Source: an uncultured Spirochaetota bacterium (GTDB lineage: Bacteria > Spirochaetota > UBA4802 > UBA5368). From it: a stretch of 64,000 bases of DNA. The first letter of the stretch is position 1. Each line of letters begins with the position of its first letter. The notes beneath the pieces were generated by a model that was not told the DNA's origin, ran no database searches, and was given only the letters and a program-made list of their open reading frames with translations. The position numbers and the translations under genes were made by a program. Positions 28,986 through 39,257 of the stretch are shown here, piece after piece. Location: the NCBI GenBank assembly GCA_963762305.1, contig CAVXKM010000001.1, forward strand, positions 752,316 to 816,315. Reading direction: 5' to 3'.

Positions 28986-30416
28986 ATGCCGAGGGTGAAA
29001 TCATTCGCGCGTACGGGCTCCGTCGCTTTGATCATTCTGCTCGCGTGCGCCCTTGCGGCGCATCCGCGCGCCGGGAAAAAGACGAAGGCGAGACCGGCCG
29101 CCGTCCCCGTCCGCCTCGAGCTCCCCGCCGTGTCACCCTTTCAAACCGAAAACGGGATACAGGTCTTCCACATCCGGGATGAGCTGCCGCAGTTTACGAT
29201 CGTCGCCTCGGTGGGATTCGGAAAGCTCTATGAGGGCAGGAGCAACGCCGGCCTTGCCGAGCTCCTGGCGCGTTCGCTCACCCTTGCCGGGTCCAGGAAG
29301 CACCCGGGCGGGTCCCTTCACGCGGCCGTGGAGGACGCGGGCGGGATGCTTTCCATAGAGGCCTCCTGGGAGGAGGTGGAGATCACGATCCGGGTCCTCG
29401 AGCGCCACTCCCAGCTTGCCCTCGACGTCATGGCGGGCCTTCTGTCCGAACCCAACTTCAACGAGGGCTTTCTCAATGAGGCCAAGGCCCTCATGGGCGA
29501 AGCCATTCGCAGGAGGAAGGACAACCCGGAGCAGCTGGCCTTCGAGACGGCGCGCGAGGTTATTTTCGGCGGGGAGGGGTACGGCGCCACGGCCCGGCTG
29601 GAAACGGTGAACCTGCTCACCCTGTCCGACGTCAACTCCGCCTTCCGCCGTTATTTCTGCGCCAGGAACATCACGCTGGGAATTACGACCTCCATGGACC
29701 CGGGCCCGCTCCAGGATCGTGTCGGCGGCGCCTTCTCGCCGCTTGAGGCGGGACAGAGGCGGCATTATTCCGTGGACATGCCGAGGATCGCGGATGCCGT
29801 CAGGCGAAGCGAGAAAAAAATTTACTTCATCGAGAGGCCCATTCCGCAGGCCACCATCGTCGTCGGCACCGTCGCGCCGTCCATCCGGGACCCGAGGGTC
29901 TATTCCCTCACCATGATGAATTATATCCTGGGAGAGGGCTCGTTTAATTCCAGGCTCATGCAGCAGATAAGGGTCAAGCGGGGGCTTTCCTACGCGGTCC
30001 AGTCGGTGGCCAGGTTCCGCAGGGATACGGGGGTCTTCATGGCCTTCGCCCAGACGAAAAATGAACAGGCGGGCCTGACCCTCTCCCTCCTCCTGGACAA
30101 CATCGCCGCCATGGGGAAGAGTCCCGTGACGGCCGACGAGCTGGAATGGGCCGGGAGCTCGATCGCCAACAGCTACATCTTCGATTTCGACACATCGTTA
30201 AAAATTATGGCGCAGTACATCGGGGTCCATTACAACGACCTGCCGCCGTCTTTTATCACGGATTTCCCCGGCAGGATCATGGCGGTGAGCAGGGAGGCGA
30301 TACAGAAGGACGCCTCCGATCTCTTCAAGGCCGGCCTCGTGAAGGTGGTGGTCGGAGGGGACCAGGCCAGGAGGGACGTTTCGCGGTTCGGCGAGGTGGT
30401 GGTCCTTCAGCCGTAG
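28986..30416 (+). CDS. M16 family peptidase, second (HxxEH-lacking) subunit
   Basis: 476 aa with signal peptide. M16 fold repeats, but LAELLARSLTLAGS replaces the HxxEH motif. Typical paired M16B arrangement. Confidence 0.8.
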   Translation: MPRVKSFARTGSVALIILLACALAAHPRAGKKTKARPAAVPVRLELPAVSPFQTENGIQVFHIRDELPQFTIVASVGFGKLYEGRSNAGLAELLARSLTLAGSRKHPGGSLHAAVEDAGGMLSIEASWEEVEITIRVLERHSQLALDVMAGLLSEPNFNEGFLNEAKALMGEAIRRRKDNPEQLAFETAREVIFGGEGYGATARLETVNLLTLSDVNSAFRRYFCARNITLGITTSMDPGPLQDRVGGAFSPLEAGQRRHYSVDMPRIADAVRRSEKKIYFIERPIPQATIVVGTVAPSIRDPRVYSLTMMNYILGEGSFNSRLMQQIRVKRGLSYAVQSVARFRRDTGVFMAFAQTKNEQAGLTLSLLLDNIAAMGKSPVTADELEWAGSSIANSYIFDFDTSLKIMAQYIGVHYNDLPPSFITDFPGRIMAVSREAIQKDASDLFKAGLVKVVVGGDQARRDVSRFGEVVVLQP

Positions 30417-31283
30417 TCAGAAGTTCTCGGCGTCGTAGACGAATTCCTCGAGTCTCTTCATGTCTTTCAGGATGGCGTTGATTTCCTTGATGGTGTTTTC
30501 AATGGAGATCAAGGCGTCCTGGTAGTTCTGCTTTTCCGCGGACGTGACGCTCTTCGAGGCGTCTATGTTCTTGCCTTCAAGGAACAGGCTCAGGTCTTTC
30601 AGCGTCGCCTGGATCGACATGTAGAGCGCCTTGACCGAAGTGTATATCTCCATGAAGTAGACGAACTGCATCTTCCTGGAGTCCTCGCCGAGGGAGTCGA
30701 AGATCTTTCTGCCCGCCGCGTCGAGCTTTGATTGGTAGTAGGAGATCGAGCGGGGATAACTTACCAGCTCCCTGTGGTTGTCGAGCAGTTTGTCGATCCC
30801 TCGAATGCCGTCGATGTCCAGGTTCCGGAAGAATGAATCAAGGGTGTTGAACTCCATGCGGTCGGACTCCGGGACGATCTTGGAGTTCTTGATGTTCATC
30901 ATGATGCCGTGGAGCCGGTTCTTGTGGGTCTTCATCGCCTCGAGGACCCCGGTTGTGAAGGCCTCTGGATTAAACGGGGCGGCCTCCTCGGCTTCCTCGG
31001 CGGGCAGCGGGCCGGCACCCGTGTTGCCCTCGGCGGGTCGGGCCGAATCCCCCTCCCTCATCCTGGTGTATTTCTGCTGCAGCACTTTTTGCTGAAAATA
31101 GGGGGCTGTCTTCGCGGGGGTGCGGATTATCTTTATTATCTCCACCTTTTTTTTCTGTTTGTTGTATCTCAACCCGTACAGGTTCCCGCGCGAATCTATG
31201 TAGCGGTTGTTGAGATCGTAAACGCTTATGGAGGAGGTCTCTATTTCGCTGACGTCGTTTACCCGTATGAACCTGGTTTTCAT
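30417..31283 (-). CDS. Hypothetical protein (beta-rich N-terminal domain, acidic linker, helical C-terminal domain)
   Basis: ORF 30417..31319. ATG 31283 (MKTRFIRVNDV) lies just after the PilZ stop. No family recognised. Its stop abuts the convergent M16 stop. Confidence 0.55.
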   Translation of the reverse strand: MKTRFIRVNDVSEIETSSISVYDLNNRYIDSRGNLYGLRYNKQKKKVEIIKIIRTPAKTAPYFQQKVLQQKYTRMREGDSARPAEGNTGAGPLPAEEAEEAAPFNPEAFTTGVLEAMKTHKNRLHGIMMNIKNSKIVPESDRMEFNTLDSFFRNLDIDGIRGIDKLLDNHRELVSYPRSISYYQSKLDAAGRKIFDSLGEDSRKMQFVYFMEIYTSVKALYMSIQATLKDLSLFLEGKNIDASKSVTSAEKQNYQDALISIENTIKEINAILKDMKRLEEFVYDAENF

Positions 31284-31287
31284 GGCG

Positions 31288-31668
31288 CTAGCCGTAGGAT
31301 TGCATGGCTGAATCATCAAGGGGCAAGGCGAACCTGATCGCTATGTATGCGTCCTCTTTCACTTTCATCGAAGCGTACTTTTTGACGATCTCGGAGGGAT
31401 TGTTCTTCAGCAGGCCGGTGCGAACGACCATGCCGTCCACATGCTTGACCCGCCTTTTCTCGGGTAGATAGAGTATTACCGGCATATTGATGCCCACTCG
31501 CGTGTTGGACACGATGAAAGCCCCTCCGCGGCTAATGTCGAGCATCATGCCCTTGCTCACAAGCGGAACCGTGGTGCTCGGGTCGATCGCGTCCGGGTCG
31601 CCCTCGTAATAGTCAAAGGTGACCTTGTCCTTGCATGAATACCGTTCAAATTCCCTTTTCTCTGTCAT
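31288..31668 (-). CDS. PilZ domain protein (putative c-di-GMP receptor)
   Basis: ATG 31668 gives MTEKREFERY... RxxxR (REFER) and DxSxxG (DISRGG) motifs at canonical spacing. Confidence 0.7.
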   Translation of the reverse strand: MTEKREFERYSCKDKVTFDYYEGDPDAIDPSTTVPLVSKGMMLDISRGGAFIVSNTRVGINMPVILYLPEKRRVKHVDGMVVRTGLLKNNPSEIVKKYASMKVKEDAYIAIRFALPLDDSAMQSYG

Positions 31669-31953
31669 GGCGGCCTGTTGCCCTGGATTTGTCGCGTCCC
31701 GGGGCCTTTTCCAACTCCTCCGGTGACGGCTGTGCGATGCGTTCCGGTCCTCCGGAAGCAGAGCGCACATTAAGTGTAATGGGCGGCACGCCGAGATGTC
31801 AAGCCATGTTTTTCCGGGCGCCGGACAAAATCGGACGCGGTCGCGTGAAAGCGCCGTCCCGCATTTGTTTCATCGATGTAAAATAGACGAATCCCGGGGA
31901 GAGGGATCCTGTTTTTTATTTGTTTTCCGTGTCAAGCGGCATACAGGTTTTGA

Positions 31954-33609
<1,656 letters not shown>

Positions 33610-33773
33610 AGCGACGGCGAGCGATCCCGAGTTTACAGTCCCCGTTTCCCCGGGGCGGTTAAAATATTATTGATTAAAATGTTGCTCCCCCGGTACAATG
33701 GGATTACCTTATCAGGGGAAAACGAGAGGCGCCCGCGGCTGTTTGTGGCATACGGAGAACCGTTGCAACGATT

Positions 33774-35228
33774 ATGGCTGTTTCGATTAAAATCGGCCTT
33801 CAGCAGACCCAGAGGCTGGCGCTGACGCAGTCGCTGAAGCAGTCCATCGAGATGCTTCAGCTCTCCACGATTGAACTCGCGGAAGTCATCTCCAGGGAAC
33901 TTCAGGAAAATCCCGTGATCGAAGAGGGGGAAAGGGCGGTTCTGCCCGCCCCGGACCCGGACGACGCCTCCGTCGTGTCGCGGATCAACAGCCGCCTCAG
34001 CGGCGACGAATCTGTTCAGGACAGGCGCGAGCAGAAGGACCTCAATTACGCCGATGCCAGCGACAGCGGGTACGGCGGCTCCTTCGATGAGGGCGACAAA
34101 ATGCGTTCCTTCATCGAGAATTCGGTGGTGCAGCAGGAAACGCTGCAGGAGCACCTGCTCTCCCAGGCGAGGCTCGCCGCGCGGTCAGAGGAGGAGTACA
34201 GGGTCCTTGAAGGGGTCATCACATCGATCGATGACCGCGGCCTGCTCGGAGTGGACCTCGAAGAGCTGGCGCGGCAGAATTCCGTCACGGTCCAGAGGGT
34301 AAGGGAGGCCATCGCCGTGATCGCGGGCTTTGAACCGCCGGGTTGCGGCGCGCCCTCAATCCGGGAGAGCCTGCTTTTCCAGGCCTCCCAGAGCTATCCG
34401 GGCGATACCCTTCTCCAGAAGATGCTCGGTGAACATTTCCGGGAACTCGAGAAACTGGATTACGAAAAGATCGCCAGGGCGACCGGCGTTCCCGTGGCCG
34501 AGGTGCTGGAAAAGAGCAGGCTGGTGCACGCCCTTACCCCTTATCCCGGGCGCAGGTACTCCATGCGCGAGGCGCGCTACATAATACCCGACGTCGAAGT
34601 CAGGCGGGTCGGCGACGATATAATCGTCACGATCAATGACGACTGGATACCGGAGATAAGGATAAACGGCTATTATCTCAACCTCCTAAAGAAAAAAAAT
34701 ATTGATAAAAACCTCAGGGATTATATCAAGGACAAGCTCCAGTCGGCGCGTTACCTGCTCAAGAATATCTCCGGGCGAAGGGAGACCATCATAAAGGTGG
34801 TGGGCGCCATAATGCAGCGGCAGCGCGAGTTTCTGCTCGAGGGGCCCGGCCACCTCAAGCCGCTCACCCATGGCGAGATTGCCGCCGAGGTCGGCCTTCA
34901 CGAGTCGACCGTCAGCAGGGTAACGAGCAACAAGTTCGTACAGACTGCGTGGGGGGTCTTCGAGATGAAATATTTTTTCGTCTCTAGGCTCCGGAGCGGC
35001 GCCGCCGAGGCGCACTCGTCGGACAAGGCGATAAATCTCATAAAGGGACTGATATCCGGCGAAGACCCGAAAAACCCCCTGAGCGACGAGGAAATACTCG
35101 CCCGTCTCGAGGGGCTGGGGATGAGGCTGGCGCGCCGGACCGTGGCCAAGTACCGGGGGGCTTTACAGATACCGCCGTCGGGCGTCCGCAAGAAACTCAA
35201 CATGATGAAAAGCGAGGTGAAAGCATGA
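33774..35228 (+). CDS. rpoN: RNA polymerase sigma-54 factor
   Basis: 484 aa. Gln/Leu-rich region I (LQQTQRLALTQSLKQSIEMLQLS) and the RpoN box ARRTVAKYR near the C-terminus. Confidence 0.9.
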   Translation: MAVSIKIGLQQTQRLALTQSLKQSIEMLQLSTIELAEVISRELQENPVIEEGERAVLPAPDPDDASVVSRINSRLSGDESVQDRREQKDLNYADASDSGYGGSFDEGDKMRSFIENSVVQQETLQEHLLSQARLAARSEEEYRVLEGVITSIDDRGLLGVDLEELARQNSVTVQRVREAIAVIAGFEPPGCGAPSIRESLLFQASQSYPGDTLLQKMLGEHFRELEKLDYEKIARATGVPVAEVLEKSRLVHALTPYPGRRYSMREARYIIPDVEVRRVGDDIIVTINDDWIPEIRINGYYLNLLKKKNIDKNLRDYIKDKLQSARYLLKNISGRRETIIKVVGAIMQRQREFLLEGPGHLKPLTHGEIAAEVGLHESTVSRVTSNKFVQTAWGVFEMKYFFVSRLRSGAAEAHSSDKAINLIKGLISGEDPKNPLSDEEILARLEGLGMRLARRTVAKYRGALQIPPSGVRKKLNMMKSEVKA

Positions 35229-36028
35229 AGATGACCCTGACCGGCAGGCACCTTGAGGTGACGCCCAGCCTGCGGGAATACGCCGAAAAGAGGATCGCCA
35301 AGCTGGAAAAGTATTTTCACCAGCTCATCGACGTTTACGTGATAATGAGCGTCGAGAAGCTCGATCACGCAGCGGAACTGCTCATGAACGGCGACGGAGT
35401 CCAGTTTCATGCCGTGGAAAAAGCGGGCGACATGTACTCTTCGATAGACCTGCTCGTGGATAAAATGGAAAAGCAGATAGTGAAATACAAGGAAAAGCTC
35501 ACGGGGCACAAGGTGGTTCCGCTCCGGGTGCTGGAGCAGGTGGACACGGGCGAAAAGAAAGGCGTGGACCTCTTTCTCAACCAGGTGAGCAACAAGCCGA
35601 AAAGCGACACGGAAGCATACCTCGAGATGAAGATGGAGGGCCTCGATTTCATCCTGTACAAGAAAGAAATGCTGAAAGTACAAAGCGATTTTTATTTTTC
35701 CAACAAGAACTACGCGGTCCTTTACCGTGGCCCCGGGGGACTCATGCTCGCGGAGATAGATTTCGACATGGTCAAAGGCAACACCATCGGTCCCGAGAGC
35801 TTGTTCGAGTGCGATGTGGAAGTGGTGGCGGATTCCTTGACGAACCCGAAGCTCAAGCTCCGGAAACGCCGCAGAAGCGGGATCGGCAGGATGAGCACGG
35901 GGGAGGCGATACAGTCGCTGATGGATTCCAAGATGGCCTTCCTGCCCTTTTTCAACAGCGAGACAGATTATTTCAATGTGGTGTATAAAAACGGAAAGAG
36001 CTACGAGGTCATGGTTCCCGCCTTTTAG
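35225..36028 (+). CDS. hpf: Ribosome hibernation promoting factor (long HPF) with apparently duplicated C-terminal domain
   Basis: 267 aa. N-terminal S30AE/HPF domain (TGRHLEVTPSLREYAEKRIAKLEKYF). Two segments resemble the long-HPF dimerisation domain: KSDTEAYLEMKMEGLDFILY...YAVLYRGPGGLMLAEI and MSTGEAIQSLMDSKMAFLPFFNSETDYFNVVYKNGKSYEVMV. Confidence 0.8.
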   Translation: MKMTLTGRHLEVTPSLREYAEKRIAKLEKYFHQLIDVYVIMSVEKLDHAAELLMNGDGVQFHAVEKAGDMYSSIDLLVDKMEKQIVKYKEKLTGHKVVPLRVLEQVDTGEKKGVDLFLNQVSNKPKSDTEAYLEMKMEGLDFILYKKEMLKVQSDFYFSNKNYAVLYRGPGGLMLAEIDFDMVKGNTIGPESLFECDVEVVADSLTNPKLKLRKRRRSGIGRMSTGEAIQSLMDSKMAFLPFFNSETDYFNVVYKNGKSYEVMVPAF

Positions 36029-36057
36029 GGAGGCCCTGCCGGGATCGCGTTCTTCGT

Positions 36058-37014
36058 ATGGAAAAGAAAAAAATTCTGATCCGTGATTTCAAGGACAACG
36101 AAAGCAAGATAGAATTGAAGCTTGCGCTCGTGGCGGGCAAGGAGGGGCTCGGCAAGGAAATCACGATGGGTGATATCAACAGGCCCGGGCTGGGGCTCGC
36201 CGGCTTTTTTGATTTTTTCGCATATGACCGGATCCAGATATTCGGGCTCGGCGAGACCGCGTTCCTGCGGCAGCTGACGGTGGAACGGAAGCGCGAGATA
36301 TACGCCCGGTTCTTCTCCTTTGATGTCCTGTGCTGCATATTCACCCACAACGAGTATCCCGACGAGATTTTTATCGAATTCGCGAACCAGTACCGGGTGC
36401 CGACCTTCGTGACGAGCCACCGGACCACGCGCTTCATAAGCCTGCTGACGCACGTTATAGAGGACTTCTTCTCGCCTGTCGTGACGCTCCACGGGACCCT
36501 GGTGGATGTTTTCGGGGTCGGCGTGCTGCTCACGGGGAAAAGCGGCGTGGGAAAGAGCGAGTGCGCCCTTGAGCTTGTCGAACGCGGGCATCGCCTGGTG
36601 GCGGATGATGTCGTTGAGATCCACAAAATAGACGAGTCCCTGCTGATGGGCAGCGGCTCGGACATTATACGGCATCACATGGAGATAAGGGGCCTGGGCA
36701 TCATCAACGTCCGGGAGATTTTCGGCATCCGGTCGGTCCGGAACCGGAAGCGCATAGAACTCGTCGTGCTCCTGGAGGAGTGGGACGAGGCGAAGGAATA
36801 CGACAGGCTGGGCATAGACGAGGTAAAGCAGGCCATTCTGGATATCGAGGTGTCCCAGATCACCGTGCCGGTGCTGCCCGGGAGGAACATACCAGTCATA
36901 GTGGAAACGGCGGCGCTCAACCAGCGGCTCAAGAAGGAGGGAGTGTATTCAGCCCGGGACCTGGATGCCCGCATCCAGAATTGGATGAAAACGGAGAAGA
37001 CGCCACATGACTGA
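36058..37014 (+). CDS. hprK: HPr kinase/phosphorylase
   Basis: 318 aa. Walker A GKSGVGKSECALELVERGHRLVADD and MEIRGLGIINV signature. Confidence 0.9.
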   Translation: MEKKKILIRDFKDNESKIELKLALVAGKEGLGKEITMGDINRPGLGLAGFFDFFAYDRIQIFGLGETAFLRQLTVERKREIYARFFSFDVLCCIFTHNEYPDEIFIEFANQYRVPTFVTSHRTTRFISLLTHVIEDFFSPVVTLHGTLVDVFGVGVLLTGKSGVGKSECALELVERGHRLVADDVVEIHKIDESLLMGSGSDIIRHHMEIRGLGIINVREIFGIRSVRNRKRIELVVLLEEWDEAKEYDRLGIDEVKQAILDIEVSQITVPVLPGRNIPVIVETAALNQRLKKEGVYSARDLDARIQNWMKTEKTPHD

Positions 37015-37270
37015 AAAGGAGGTGTATGTAAAGAGCGACGCAGGCGTTCACGCCCGGCCCGCGATGATGCTTGTCCGCGAGGCCATGAAATTCCCCTGCG
37101 AAATATACCTCATCAAGGACGAGGTGGAGGCGAACGGTAAATCGATCATGTCCGTGCTGGGTCTCGCCATCACCTCGGGGTCCCGCCTGGTCGTGAGGGC
37201 CGTGGGGGAAAACGAGGAGGGCGCGGTTGAGAAGCTTGCGTCGATGATAGAAAATGATTTCAGGAACTAG
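37007..37270 (+). CDS. ptsH: HPr family phosphocarrier protein
   Basis: 87 aa. GVHARPA (His-15 region) and NGKSIMSVLGL (Ser-46 region). Overlaps the hprK stop by 8 nt. Confidence 0.85.
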   Translation: MTEKEVYVKSDAGVHARPAMMLVREAMKFPCEIYLIKDEVEANGKSIMSVLGLAITSGSRLVVRAVGENEEGAVEKLASMIENDFRN

Positions 37271-37463
37271 GGGTGTCTTTCTCGGGGCAACTCGTGGATT
37301 TATTTGTTGGGCCGGCTTTTGAAGTGAAGAGTGCCGTCCGGCATTGCGCGGCGGGGCCGCTGGATGGATAAAATTTGTCCCGGTGCCGGCATTTAATTTC
37401 TTTACGCCGAACGCGGCATGAAATACAATTGCGGCCGCATCGTGACATCGCGAGACGGAAGCC

Positions 37464-38096
37464 ATGGAGCGCTTTTCGATGGGACATGAGGGGGAAGGGG
37501 AATCCCGGATGGAGCAGGGCCCGGGCCTGCGCCGGCTTGTTGCCTGCGTGAGCATCGCCTGCCTGCTTTTCTCCACGGCGAGCGGCTTCGCGCAGCAGAA
37601 GAAATCCGATCCCAAAAAAGCGGAAACCTTCGAGTCCCTTGAATACGACAACGTGTTTTTCACCAAAAAGAGGGACCCCGTTTTCGCGGGCATGCTCTCC
37701 TGGTACATACCCGGCCTTGGCCAGTATTATTCCGAAAGGTACTACAAGGGAACATTTTTCCTGATTACGGAATACGCCCTCCTGCTCGGCGGCCTCTTCT
37801 ATTTCCTCAATGTCGATTTCGCCGTTGGCGGGGACTCGGGCTTCAACCTGAAAGTGGACGTCGAGAGGACGGATCTTGGCGTGGTGGAGACCTCAAGCCG
37901 GAACATCTTCTACGCGGTGCTGGGTATCGTGGCCGTGATGCATCTCTACAATGTCTCGGACGCTGTCATGTCGGCGCGTTCGTTTAATCGCGGGCTCGAC
38001 CGGGAGCGCAAAAAACTCAAGAAGAAGTTCCCCGGCCTCGAGCTCAGCTGCGATGGCGGAAAAAACTTTTATATCGGGGCTAAAAGTGCGTTATAA
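37464..38096 (+). CDS. Membrane protein with PGLGQYY motif (DUF5683-like)
   Basis: 210 aa. Signal-like LVACVSIACLLFSTASGFA, then FAGMLSWYIPGLGQYYSERYYKG and further TM helices. Start is 37464 or 37509. Confidence 0.6.
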   Translation: MERFSMGHEGEGESRMEQGPGLRRLVACVSIACLLFSTASGFAQQKKSDPKKAETFESLEYDNVFFTKKRDPVFAGMLSWYIPGLGQYYSERYYKGTFFLITEYALLLGGLFYFLNVDFAVGGDSGFNLKVDVERTDLGVVETSSRNIFYAVLGIVAVMHLYNVSDAVMSARSFNRGLDRERKKLKKKFPGLELSCDGGKNFYIGAKSAL

Positions 38097-38649
38097 CGCT
38101 CTCACGGCAGGTGTGCTTTGTCTCGCGATCCTCGTGGCTTCCATGGCCGCCGTTCCCCCGGCCCGGGCCGCGGATTTGACCGGCACCCAGCTCAAGAATG
38201 AAGAGGCGGAAGAACCGGAAGGGCTTGTCGTGGATGAGCCCGAGCGCAAGGACGCCTTCGTGGCGGGATTGCTCTCCTGGGAATGGCCGGGGCTGGGCCA
38301 ATTCTACACGCAGAACTACGCGGTCGGCTCCCTGTTCCTGCTTGTGGACATTGTTCAAAAAAGCCTGCTCGTGTATCTCCTGTTCTACTACTCCGACAAG
38401 TACACCCAGCAGGATGAGATGGTCAGGTGGGACAATATTGAAAACAGGGACAAGGCCATCATGATCGGATACGTGTTCTCCGTGCTCGTGGTCCGGGTAT
38501 GGTGCGTTTTGGACGCCGTCTTCAGCGCTGATAGATACAACAGGGAGATCTACTTTCCCTACTGGAAGTACCAGAACCGAAACAGGTTCAGCTTTTCGGT
38601 CGAGAACGAACCCCGCAGAATAAATTTCGCCTATACCCGATCCCTCTGA
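38086..38649 (+). CDS. Membrane protein with PGLGQFY motif, tandem paralogue
   Basis: In-frame GTG 38086 of ORF 37951..38649 gives a signal peptide (RYNALTAGVLCLAILVASMAAVPPARA). FVAGLLSWEWPGLGQFYTQNY. Overlaps the upstream paralogue's stop. Confidence 0.55.
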   Translation: MRYNALTAGVLCLAILVASMAAVPPARAADLTGTQLKNEEAEEPEGLVVDEPERKDAFVAGLLSWEWPGLGQFYTQNYAVGSLFLLVDIVQKSLLVYLLFYYSDKYTQQDEMVRWDNIENRDKAIMIGYVFSVLVVRVWCVLDAVFSADRYNREIYFPYWKYQNRNRFSFSVENEPRRINFAYTRSL

Positions 38650-38654
38650 TCTTG

Positions 38655-39257
38655 ATGAAGGTGTCGATCAAAATCGCCCTCATGCTGGTGCTCATCCTCG
38701 TCTCTCTGCCCGCGAGGGCTTTCGGGGAGCACATAGAGTTCAGATCCGTCTCCATCGTCGACGACAAGCTCCGGGTGAGCTTCGCGGTGGTGTCGTACCA
38801 GCGCAAGGACATCCTCGAGGCCATTAAAAGGGGCATCGAGGTCAAGATCCTCTACGAGATACAGGTCTACAGGAGCCCGCGCCTCTTCTTCACGGGCACG
38901 CGGGTCGCCTACGACAAGTCGATTTTGCGCAGCGTGAAATTCGATTTCTGGAGCAAGGCTTTCCAGGTGAAGGAAGGGCAGAAGAAGATCTTCTTCCGGA
39001 GCGAAAATGCCATGCTGGACTACTTCTTCTCAGTGAGGGATTCAGAGCTGGTGGGAGCGCATATGATAGGCCTGGAGGGATCAGGCGTCCGGGCCAGGGC
39101 GGAGCTTAAAACAGTGGAACTCTACTTTCCCATGAACCTCATTTTCAGGTACCTGGTGAGGTTCTGGGACTTTGAAACGGGATGGGTGAAAGGGCCGGCG
39201 ATCAACCTCCAGCACTTGCGGACGGGAATGGGACAAAACGGACCGGATTATGCGTGA
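38655..39257 (+). CDS. DUF4390-like periplasmic protein
   Basis: Signal peptide MKVSIKIALMLVLILVSLPARA. LRVSFAV...EAIKRGIEVKILYEIQVYR resembles DUF4390, a family typically encoded directly upstream of NtrY-type kinases. Confidence 0.6.
   Translation: MKVSIKIALMLVLILVSLPARAFGEHIEFRSVSIVDDKLRVSFAVVSYQRKDILEAIKRGIEVKILYEIQVYRSPRLFFTGTRVAYDKSILRSVKFDFWSKAFQVKEGQKKIFFRSENAMLDYFFSVRDSELVGAHMIGLEGSGVRARAELKTVELYFPMNLIFRYLVRFWDFETGWVKGPAINLQHLRTGMGQNGPDYA

Noticed and set aside
24051-30416. Idea that the small Cys-rich peptide, TPR-like protein, S45 acylase and M16 pair form a RiPP-type maturation cluster
   Set aside because: - The five genes are co-directional, and M16B pairs do process some peptides.
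- However, there is a strong hairpin and a consensus promoter between 24734 and 25055.
- There is also no modifying enzyme (radical SAM, YcaO, lanthionine synthetase) and no transporter.
- The proteases carry their own signal peptides, which fits general periplasmic housekeeping.
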